The position numbers and the translations under genes are program-made. A stretch of 64,000 nucleotides of DNA from Candidatus Eiseniibacteriota bacterium (GTDB lineage: Bacteria > Eisenbacteria > RBG-16-71-46 > CAVPCR01). Shown one piece after another: positions 10,943 to 18,742 of this stretch (the stretch's first letter is position 1; every line of letters starts with the position of its first letter). The notes under the pieces are model-generated. The model had not been told where the DNA came from, did no database searches, and saw nothing but the letters and a program-made list of their open reading frames with translations. The stretch is taken from assembly GCA_963702435.1 (NCBI GenBank), contig CAVPCR010000001.1:384001-448000 (forward strand). The letters are read 5' to 3'.

Positions 10943-11890
10943 ATGAATCAGTGCGCCAGGGCGAATCAGCGGGCGAGGGTGCCGGCGAGGGTGCCGGCGG
11001 TGAGGGCGGCGGTCGCGGCGGTCGCGATGGGTGCGGCGGTCGTGATCGCGATCGTGACACCGTGGCTCACGGCAACGCCGGCATTCGCCGAAGATCCGGT
11101 GGAGAAGAAGCTCGGTTGGTTCGATTCAGCCGAACTCAGTTTCGTCTCGTCGAGCGGCAACTCGAACAGCACGACACTCGGATTCAGGAACGAGACCACA
11201 CGAGTCTGGAGCGATGCCGAGTTCATCGCCGAAGTCGGATCGGTCTACAGCCAATCGCGACCGAGCGAACGCTTCGGCGTCGGCGCGGCGGGCGAGGGCA
11301 ATTACTCGGTCGAGGAAGGGCCGAGCGAGACGGACACGAACCGGCTCTACGGCAAGGCGGGATACGGCCGCGACCTGAACCCCTTCCTCTTCTGGAACGT
11401 CGCCGGGGATGTCGTGAGCGATGAGCCCGCGGGAATCGACTATCGCTACACGGTGGGCGCCGGTCTCGGCAACAACTGGGTGCGCGGCGAACGCGTCAAG
11501 TTCCGGACGACCTACAACATCACCTATACCAACGAGAACTTCACGAACGGGGACAGCAAGGACTTCCCTGGTTTCCGCCTGGGCTACAACTACGAGAACA
11601 AGCTCACGCCGACCACGCTTTTCGAGAGCAATCTCGTATTCGACGACAGCTTCGACGATGTCGCCGACCATCGGACCAACTGGTACAACGGCGTCAGCGT
11701 GTCGATGACCAAGTTGATCGCCCTCAAGGTCGGATACCGCATCCTGTACCGGAACCTCCCGCCGCTCGAGGACATCACGATCTACGACGCGAATCCGTAC
11801 GATGGTACGGCCACCGAGGTGGGGACGGCCCAGGAGGAGAAGGACAACCTGGACACGAACTTCACGACGTCGCTCGTCTTCAACTTCTAG
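10943..11890 (+). CDS. DUF481/YdiY-like outer-membrane beta-barrel protein
   Basis: GGGAGG RBS before ATG 10943; signal peptide ending AFA; SSGNSNSTTLG motif; amphipathic strands; C-terminal Phe (SLVFNF). Confidence 0.75.
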   Translation: MNQCARANQRARVPARVPAVRAAVAAVAMGAAVVIAIVTPWLTATPAFAEDPVEKKLGWFDSAELSFVSSSGNSNSTTLGFRNETTRVWSDAEFIAEVGSVYSQSRPSERFGVGAAGEGNYSVEEGPSETDTNRLYGKAGYGRDLNPFLFWNVAGDVVSDEPAGIDYRYTVGAGLGNNWVRGERVKFRTTYNITYTNENFTNGDSKDFPGFRLGYNYENKLTPTTLFESNLVFDDSFDDVADHRTNWYNGVSVSMTKLIALKVGYRILYRNLPPLEDITIYDANPYDGTATEVGTAQEEKDNLDTNFTTSLVFNF

Positions 11891-12035
11891 CGACTTGGCC
11901 GGCCCTGGCGAGGCGGGGCCGGCCCGGTGGGGCCCGGCGGGCCTGGCTAGCGCCGGCCGGCCTGGCCAGCAGTCAGGGGCGATGGCGGGCCGCAGCGAGC
12001 CCTGAAAAAAAATTAGCCCGGGCTACACTTTTGTA

Positions 12036-12064
12036 TTGACAGATGCGGGCCGCCCCGCTAGGTT
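12036..12064 (+). promoter_or_regulatory. Sigma70 promoter upstream of the HNH gene, with an A-tract and the palindrome TAGCCCGGGCTA just upstream
   Basis: TTGACA (12036-12041)-17 nt-TAGGTT (12059-12064); A8 tract at 12005-12012; 12-bp palindrome at 12014-12025. Confidence 0.65.
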
Positions 12065-12287
12065 CAAGCCATAGAGGAGCTTCGGGCCGCGCTCTCGCCT
12101 CGCCCACCTTCCCGCCGCGGCCCCCTCCTCCTCTGGACCGATAGGCCGAAGCTCAAGTGAACCCGGGCGGCGCGCCCCTTCCCGACCCCGCGCCCGCCGC
12201 CCCGATCGACCCCGACATCGTGCTTTTGCGCGCCCTGGCCCGTCTCGGGTCCGGGCGACGCGTGGGTGCCGCGAGCGCTGCCGCTTC

Positions 12288-14534
12288 GTGCGGGAGCGGG
12301 CGTTCGCGGCCGGGAAGGGCTGTGCCGTGTCCGTGCGACCGGTCGAACGGCGGTGGGAGCCGGGGGAGTTCGCGGGCGACCCGCAGGGGGAGGTGCTCTC
12401 GCCCGCGCCGGCGCTGTGGGCAGCGCGCGCGCTCGATCGCGAGCTGTGGGCGCTCGTGCATGCCGAGGCGCGTGCGGAGCGGGAGCTCGCGCGCGGTCTC
12501 GCCGCTTTGTGGGACGGGGAGCGCTATCGGCCACTCGGCTACGTGCGGGCGATCGACTTCGTGCGCGAGCATGTGGGGATCGAGGAAGGGACGGCGCGGC
12601 GACTGGCGCGGCTCGGGCGGGTGCTGGAGGCGACCCCGGTGCTCGATCAAGCGTTCGTCGGGGGGCGGCTGAGCGCATCGCACGTGCTCGAGCTGGCGGC
12701 GGTGGTGACGGCGGAGACTTCAGCTGAGGAGGGCGCGCGCTGGATCGCGGCGGCGACGGGGCTCACCTTCCGCGCGCTTGAGCGGCGCGTGCGCACGGCG
12801 AGGGCGGAGCGGGGGGAGAAGGAAGAAGTCACGGAAGAGAAGGCGGCCGAGGGCATGGACCCGGCGCCCGATGGCGGCTGGATGATGATCCCCGCGCCCG
12901 CGCGCATCGGCGTCCTCTGGCAGGAGACGGTCGCCGTGGCCCGCGCCACCGCGGGCGAGCACCTGCGGCAGGGCCAGGCCGCCGAGCTCATCTTCGCCGA
13001 GTACCTCGCCGCCACCGGCGGTGACCGACCGGATCCGGAGCCCGACCTGCTCGGGGCCGCGATCGCCGACGCCGCGCGCCAGCGCCTCATCGCCGACCTG
13101 ATGGCCGCGATGAACGCGCAGGCGCACAAGAAGCCGCGGCGCGAGCGGCCCACGGTGCCGGAAGAGGAGGAGCCGCCGGCCGCCCGCTTCCCGCGCGTCC
13201 AGTGGACCGTGCCCGCCGACGTGCTGCCGCCCGACTGCGTGATCGATCCCGCCGCCGATCCCTGGGTGCTCGGCGACACCCTCATCCGCATCGCTCGCTA
13301 CCAGAGCCGCCTGCGGACCGAGATCGCCCGCCGCCTCGCCCGGCTCCACGGCGCGCTCCTGTGGGCCCAGCTCGGCTTCGCCGACTTCACGACCTACTGC
13401 GAGGAGCGGTTGGGCTTCGGCCTCCGCCAGGCCGAGCGGCTCGTCCGCTTCCACCATGGCCTCGAGCGCTTCCCCGAGGTGCGCGCCGCGCATCGCGCCG
13501 GCGAGCTCTCGTACACCGCGGCTTTGCTCTTGTTACCTCTGTTGCACGAGACCACCGAGGAGCTGTGGGTGAACTGGGCGGCCCGCCTCACCTATCGCGA
13601 GATCGAGCGGGTGACCGAGTTCGCGCGGCTGTTCGCGTTGCCGGGCGCCGACGAGAGCGTGCTCGCCTCGTGGGCCGACGGTCTCATCGCCATGGGCTTT
13701 GCGCAAAGGAGGGAGGACCCCGGGGCGAACAGCACCAAGATTTCACATGACCCGACAGCGTTTGACGCGACCGCGGCCGCCGGGGCGGGCGAGGCGGCCG
13801 GCGCCACCGGGGCCACCACTTCACATGACCCGACAGCGTTTGACGCGACCGCGGCCGCCAGCGACACCACCGTCCCCCCCGACGTCCCCCTCGGCTACCC
13901 GCTCCCGCCCACCACCCCGCGCGGCCTTCCCGCGATCGCCGGCTTCCCTGCCGACCTCGCCCTCCTCCCCCAGGAGCGCTGCCTCGCCACCATCCGCTTC
14001 TTCCTCCCGCCCGACGTCCTCGACCTCGCCCTCTCCGCGCTCCTGCGCTGCCGGCTGAGCCAGGCTGACCCGCTCCGCCCCACCTGGGTCTACCTCGAGC
14101 TCCTCCTCTGCCACTTCCTCGACACCCACAGCAGCGCCGAGACCCGCGCTCATCACCAGCGCGCCCATCCCGTCCTCTGCCGCGACGGCTTCCTCTGCAC
14201 CAGCCCCGGCTGCACCGGCCACGCCCACCTCGAGGATCACCACCTCCACTTCAGGAGCCGCGGCGGCTCCGACCACCCCGCCAACCGCACCACCGTCTGC
14301 GCCGGCCACCATCGCCCCGCCATCCACCAGGGCACCGTCGAGCTCGGCGGGCTCGCCCCCGATCACTTGATCGCGCGTCTCGGCATCCATCCCGCTACCG
14401 GCCGCGCCTTCGCCGCCTACATCGGCGAGCGCCGTGTCTCCGACCACACCGCCCGCACCGCCCTCGCCGACTGGCGCCGCTCCCTCCGCCAGCGCGCCGA
14501 ACCGGCACGCGACACCGGAGACAGCGATGTGTAG
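12288..14534 (+). CDS. DUF222-like/HNH endonuclease signature protein; start uncertain, possible 5' frameshift from GTG 12157
   Basis: C-terminal RDGFLCTSPGC...LEDHHLHFRSRGGSDHPANRTTVCAGHH HNH/Zn motif; two related helical modules (LGYVRAIDFVREHVGI and LGFADFTTYCEERLGF). Confidence 0.8.
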   Translation: MRERAFAAGKGCAVSVRPVERRWEPGEFAGDPQGEVLSPAPALWAARALDRELWALVHAEARAERELARGLAALWDGERYRPLGYVRAIDFVREHVGIEEGTARRLARLGRVLEATPVLDQAFVGGRLSASHVLELAAVVTAETSAEEGARWIAAATGLTFRALERRVRTARAERGEKEEVTEEKAAEGMDPAPDGGWMMIPAPARIGVLWQETVAVARATAGEHLRQGQAAELIFAEYLAATGGDRPDPEPDLLGAAIADAARQRLIADLMAAMNAQAHKKPRRERPTVPEEEEPPAARFPRVQWTVPADVLPPDCVIDPAADPWVLGDTLIRIARYQSRLRTEIARRLARLHGALLWAQLGFADFTTYCEERLGFGLRQAERLVRFHHGLERFPEVRAAHRAGELSYTAALLLLPLLHETTEELWVNWAARLTYREIERVTEFARLFALPGADESVLASWADGLIAMGFAQRREDPGANSTKISHDPTAFDATAAAGAGEAAGATGATTSHDPTAFDATAAASDTTVPPDVPLGYPLPPTTPRGLPAIAGFPADLALLPQERCLATIRFFLPPDVLDLALSALLRCRLSQADPLRPTWVYLELLLCHFLDTHSSAETRAHHQRAHPVLCRDGFLCTSPGCTGHAHLEDHHLHFRSRGGSDHPANRTTVCAGHHRPAIHQGTVELGGLAPDHLIARLGIHPATGRAFAAYIGERRVSDHTARTALADWRRSLRQRAEPARDTGDSDV
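13742..13859 (+). repeat. Perfect 40-nt direct repeat inside the HNH gene (encodes SHDPTAFDATAAA twice)
   Basis: TTCACATGACCCGACAGCGTTTGACGCGACCGCGGCCGCC at 13742-13781 and 13820-13859. Confidence 0.95.
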
Positions 14535-14639
14535 CTCAGCACCCGCGACGACAGCCGCGGGTCTCTCCACGGCAGAGATCGGCACACCTCGAGCGCGCGC
14601 GTCGCGCACATCCCGTGCATCCTGCGCATGCCCCGCACG

Positions 14640-14700
14640 ACCCGGCCATCGCCGTCCGGCCGATCTCCGTCCGGCCGGTCTCCGCCCGGCCGATGTCCCC
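14640..14700. repeat. 15-nt tandem repeat (CCGTCCGGCCGATCT-like), about 4 copies
   Basis: Seen directly between the HNH gene and sodB. Confidence 0.7.
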
Positions 14701-14812
14701 TGTCGCCGGCCGGCCTTTCCGGTTATGATCTCCGGCCCAGCTCCCCAGAACGAACGCCGGGCCGACGACGACGACCCACGACCGGTAGAGACCGCAGCTC
14801 AAGGAGGATCTG

Positions 14813-15397
14813 ATGTTCGAGCTTCCCGCCCTCCCCTATTCCCTCGACGCGCTCGCGCCGCACTTCTCGCGGGAGACCCTCGAGTACCACCACGGCAAGC
14901 ACCATGCCGCCTACGTCGCCAAGCTGAACGAGCTCACCAAGGGCACGCCGCTCGAGAAGGCCTCCCTCGAGGAGATCATCAAGAAGGAAAGCGGTCCGGT
15001 CTTCAACAACGCGGCCCAGATCTGGAACCACACCTTCTTCTGGAACTGCCTCTCGCCGCAGGGCGGCCTGCCGAGCGCCGACCTGCTCGCCGCCCTCAAC
15101 GCGAACTTCGATTCTCTCGACAACTTCAAGACCCAGTTCTCGAATGCCGCCGCCACTCTCTTCGGTTCCGGCTGGGCCTGGCTCGTCGCCCGCCCAGGCG
15201 GCAAGCTCGAGATCGTTCAGGAATCGAACGCCGGGAATCCCATGACCAAGGGCGCGACCGCTCTCCTCACCTGCGATGTGTGGGAGCATGCGTACTACAT
15301 CGACTACCGCAACGCGCGCCCGAAGTACATCGAGGCTTTCTGGAAGCTCGCCAACTGGAAGTGGGTCGAGGCCCAGTGGCGAGGTGCCAAGGGCTAG
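14813..15397 (+). CDS. sodB: Superoxide dismutase [Fe]
   Basis: HHGKHH, FNNAAQIWNHTFFW (Fe-type AAQ signature), DVWEHAYY; AAGGAGG RBS. Confidence 0.95.
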   Translation: MFELPALPYSLDALAPHFSRETLEYHHGKHHAAYVAKLNELTKGTPLEKASLEEIIKKESGPVFNNAAQIWNHTFFWNCLSPQGGLPSADLLAALNANFDSLDNFKTQFSNAAATLFGSGWAWLVARPGGKLEIVQESNAGNPMTKGATALLTCDVWEHAYYIDYRNARPKYIEAFWKLANWKWVEAQWRGAKG

Positions 15398-15445
15398 CGC
15401 CGGGCACACCATCGCCGCCCGTCCTGCTCCGACCTGCTCCTGGTC

Positions 15446-16738
15446 CTAGTAGATCGACTCGGCCGGCCGCCGGCCGAGCAGGCGAAGCACTTCGCCCACG
15501 AGATAGAGCGACCCGCAGGCCACGACGAGGCCGCGCGTCCCGGCCGCCTCCCGCGCACGCGTTAGCGCCGGGCCGATACCCGGCGCAACCAGAACCCGCA
15601 CGCCGGCGCCCCGCCACTCGGCGGCGAGCGCCGGCGCCGGGATGGCGCGCGCGCTCGGCGGAGCGGTCACCACCACTCGATCCACCGCCCCGCTCAGGGC
15701 GCGAGCGAAGGCGCGCGGCCGCTTGCCGGCGACCATGCCGGTCACGGCCACCACCTTCCCCCCGCCGTGGAACCGGCGAAGGTACGCGGCGAGCACGCGC
15801 GCACCCGCCGCGTTGTGCGCCCCGTCCACGATCAACCAGGGCGTCACCCGCTCCATCCGCCCCGGCCAGCGGAGTCGGGCGAGACCCGTGCGCACGCCGG
15901 CTGCGGTCGTCGCCACCGGGAAGTCCCGGAGCGCCCCGAGCGCGAGGAGCGCGCAGGCGGCGTTGCGCACCTGATGCGCGCCGGCGAGCCCGAGCTCGAG
16001 ATGCGCCATCGAGAGCGCCTCGCTCCGGAACGCGAAGCGGCTCCCGTCGGCCCGGAGCTCCTCGATGCGGAACCGGCCGTCGCTCCCGAGGAGGAGCGGC
16101 TCCGCGCCCACGGCCTCCGCCGCCGCGAGCAGCTCGCCCCTGCCCTTCCCGGTCGCGCCGATCACGAACGGCCGTCCGGGACGGGCGATCCCCGCCTTGT
16201 CGCGGGCGATGTGCGCGATCGTCGGCCCGAGCACCTCCATGTGATCGAGTCCGACCGAGACCACGACGGAGACCAGCGGATCGACCACGTTCGTCGCATC
16301 GAGCGCGCCGCCGATCCCGACCTCGAGGACCGCGATGTCAACCTGTTCCCGCGCGAAGTGCAGGAACGCCAGCGCGGTCATCGCCTCGAAGAAGGAGGAC
16401 CCGTGCGTCGCGAGCACCGGCGCGAGCCCGTCCATGACGGCTGCCACGGCCGCCGGCCGGATCGCCCGCCCGTCCACACGCACGCGCTCGCGATACGAGA
16501 GGAGATGCGGACTCGAATAGAGCCCGGTGCGATATCCAGCCGCGCTCAGGATCGAGGCCAGGGCGGCCGCGACCGACCCCTTGCCGTTCGTGCCGCCGAC
16601 GAGGATCGCGGGCGTGCGCGCCTCGGGATGATCGAGCGTGGCGAGGAGGTCGCGGAAGCGGGCGAGCCCGAGCTTCATCCCGCTCCACTCGCGGCCCATG
16701 AGCTCGGTCAGGAGGCGGACTCCCGCCCGCGCGCTCAT
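15446..16738 (-). CDS. folC: Folylpolyglutamate synthase/dihydrofolate synthase
   Basis: GTNGKGS, SSPHL, EVGIGG..DATN, WPGRME, DGAHN, GSLYLVG; true start ATG 16738 overlaps the accD stop (ATGA). Confidence 0.93.
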   Translation of the reverse strand: MSARAGVRLLTELMGREWSGMKLGLARFRDLLATLDHPEARTPAILVGGTNGKGSVAAALASILSAAGYRTGLYSSPHLLSYRERVRVDGRAIRPAAVAAVMDGLAPVLATHGSSFFEAMTALAFLHFAREQVDIAVLEVGIGGALDATNVVDPLVSVVVSVGLDHMEVLGPTIAHIARDKAGIARPGRPFVIGATGKGRGELLAAAEAVGAEPLLLGSDGRFRIEELRADGSRFAFRSEALSMAHLELGLAGAHQVRNAACALLALGALRDFPVATTAAGVRTGLARLRWPGRMERVTPWLIVDGAHNAAGARVLAAYLRRFHGGGKVVAVTGMVAGKRPRAFARALSGAVDRVVVTAPPSARAIPAPALAAEWRGAGVRVLVAPGIGPALTRAREAAGTRGLVVACGSLYLVGEVLRLLGRRPAESIY

Positions 16739-17655
16739 CGGGCAGCGGCGTCGGGCGTCTCGTCGCTTCGTGGCGGGCGCAGGCGCCGGCGGTCGGGCAT
16801 CCGGCGCGGCTCGAGCACGAGGTCGATCAGGTGCGCGACCCGATCGCGCATCTCGCGCCGCGGCACGATCATGTCGATCATGCCGTGCTCGAGCACGAAC
16901 TCCGCGCGCTGGAAGCCGGGCGGCAGCTCCTGGTTGATCGTCTGCTGGATGACGCGCGGGCCGGCAAATCCGATCATGGCCTTGGGCTCCGCGATGATGA
17001 CGTCGCCGAGGGCGGCGTAGCTCGCCGCCACGCCGGCGGTGGTCGGATCGAGGAGGATCGAGATGTACGGTATGCCCTGATCGAAGAGATCGGCGAGGAC
17101 GACCGAGGTCTTCGCCATCTGCATGAGCGAGAGGATGCCCTCTTGCATGCGCGCGCCGCCCGACGTGGAGACGATGACGAGCGGCATGCGCTCGTGGAGC
17201 GCGAGCCCGATCGTGCGGCGGAGCTTCTCTCCGGTGGCCGAGCCGAGCGTGCCGCCGAGGAACGAGAAGTCCATGATCCCGATCGCGATCGGGTGGCCGA
17301 AGATGCGCGCGCGGCCCGTCACCACCGACTCGCTGAGCCCGGTCGCGCGGCGATTCTCGCGCAGGCGGTCGGTGTAGCGCTTGGTGTCGCGGAACCCGAG
17401 CGGATCGGCCGCCGTGATCGCCGTGAACAGCTCCTCGAAGGAGTTGAGATCGACGAGCAGGTTCATGTACTCGCGCGCGCCGATGCGGAAGTGGTGCCCG
17501 CATTTCGAGCAGACGAGGAGGTTCCGCTCGAGATCCTTGGCGTAGAGGATCTCCCCGCAACCGTCGCACTTGCGCCAGAGGCCGTCCGGCGCCTCCCGCT
17601 CCCGCTCCGGCCGCCCGCTCTTGATCCCCAGAGTGGTCTTCTTGAACCAGGACAT
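16735..17655 (-). CDS. accD: Acetyl-CoA carboxylase carboxyltransferase beta subunit
   Basis: LWRKCDGC...CSKCGHH Zn ribbon; SGGARMQEG and GFAGPRVI motifs. Confidence 0.97.
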   Translation of the reverse strand: MSWFKKTTLGIKSGRPEREREAPDGLWRKCDGCGEILYAKDLERNLLVCSKCGHHFRIGAREYMNLLVDLNSFEELFTAITAADPLGFRDTKRYTDRLRENRRATGLSESVVTGRARIFGHPIAIGIMDFSFLGGTLGSATGEKLRRTIGLALHERMPLVIVSTSGGARMQEGILSLMQMAKTSVVLADLFDQGIPYISILLDPTTAGVAASYAALGDVIIAEPKAMIGFAGPRVIQQTINQELPPGFQRAEFVLEHGMIDMIVPRREMRDRVAHLIDLVLEPRRMPDRRRLRPPRSDETPDAAAR

Positions 17656-17663
17656 GCGTTAGT

Positions 17664-18335
17664 TCAGGACTCCCGGGATTCTTTCCCTGATCCCCGCGAA
17701 GGCCGTCCGCCCGGCATCGCCGGCGCGGCGGCGCGCGGCCGAGCCGGGGAGGAAGCAGACGGCCCACTGGACGATCGAGCCGGCGACGATGCGGGCGGCG
17801 GCCCATCCGGCGATGCGACCGGCGGATCACCCGGGCCCCCGGCCCGGCACCCCCCGCACTCCCGCACCATGATCACCGCATCCTCCCGCCCCGCATAGTA
17901 ACCCTTCCGCAGCCCCTCGGGCCGGAAGTGATGGCGCGCATAGAGCGACATGGCTGCCCGGTTGCCGGCCCGGACCTCGAGCGAGATGAAGCTCGCCCCC
18001 CCTCGTTCCGCCCGCTCGATCAGGTGCCGGAGGAGAGAGCGGCCCACACCCCGCCGCCGGTGCTCCGGGTGCACGGCGAGATTCCCCAGGTGCACCTCAT
18101 CGAGAACGAACCAGGCCACGAGATAGCCGATGACCTGCCCGTCCTCGATCGCGACCCGCGCATAGGCCGGGTCGGACCGCGTGAGCTCCTCGATGAAGAA
18201 GCGCTGCGGCCAGGGGTCCGGGAAGGACCCCCGCTCGATTGCGTCCACCTGTTCGAGCAGGGCCTCGGTCATCGGCTCGATGGCGAGTCGATCAGGGAGC
18301 GCGGTGGCGTCTGAATCGGGCATGGAGTCGGGCAT
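17664..18335 (-). CDS. rimI: Ribosomal protein S18 alanine N-acetyltransferase with low-complexity C-terminal tail
   Basis: IERGSFPDPW, LAVHPEHRRRGVG, LEVRAGNRAAMSLY, RKGYY...EDAVIM motifs. Confidence 0.88.
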   Translation of the reverse strand: MPDSMPDSDATALPDRLAIEPMTEALLEQVDAIERGSFPDPWPQRFFIEELTRSDPAYARVAIEDGQVIGYLVAWFVLDEVHLGNLAVHPEHRRRGVGRSLLRHLIERAERGGASFISLEVRAGNRAAMSLYARHHFRPEGLRKGYYAGREDAVIMVRECGGCRAGGPGDPPVASPDGPPPASSPARSSSGPSASSPARPRAAAPAMPGGRPSRGSGKESRES

Positions 18336-18595
18336 CCGGACATCGGCGGGGCATCGGGATCGAACTTCGGATCGAACTTCGGATCGGCGGCCGCGGCCGG
18401 GAGCCGGCGAGCGCCGCCGGCCCGCGGTGGACCATGGACCGACGGGTCGGGCCAGACGGCCGTGCAGCCCGGCGACCGTGGCGGCACTCGCAGCCCGGCG
18501 ACCCGAGCGAAGGCCATGTCGAGGCCGGCGGCCAGGATACCACGCGTCCTTCCGGTCGCGCCGCCTCGGTCCCAGACCTCTCGCTCCCAGTTCCT

Positions 18596-18625
18596 TTGAC
18601 CGGAGACCGCCCGGCGCGATATAAT
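18596..18625 (+). promoter_or_regulatory. Sigma70 promoter of the metallopeptidase gene
   Basis: TTGACC-18 nt-TATAAT. Confidence 0.6.
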
Positions 18626-18742
18626 AAGCTGTGCCGGGCTGGCTTGGCTCCTGGCCGAGCTGTGCCCCGACCGGCTTCCCGAAGCCCGCTCCCGAAAATA
18701 CTGAACGTCAACCCCAACCTGCTCATGCTTGCGAGGATGCGC

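Noticed and set aside
11896..11970. GC palindromic cluster as an ncRNA
   Set aside because: Only GGCCGGCC-type low-complexity hairpins after a stop codon; at most terminator-like.
12288..14534. Cas9/IscB/TnpB or IS transposase identity for the HNH ORF
   Set aside because: No RuvC or DDE motifs, terminal inverted repeats or target duplication seen.
15446..17830. 794-aa FolC fusion; likewise the long N-terminal extensions on TsaE, TsaB, AroF, GlyS, PyrR and HU in the ORF track
   Set aside because: The extensions overlap neighbouring genes or leaders in other frames; internal starts with an RBS or stop-start overlap fit the family lengths.
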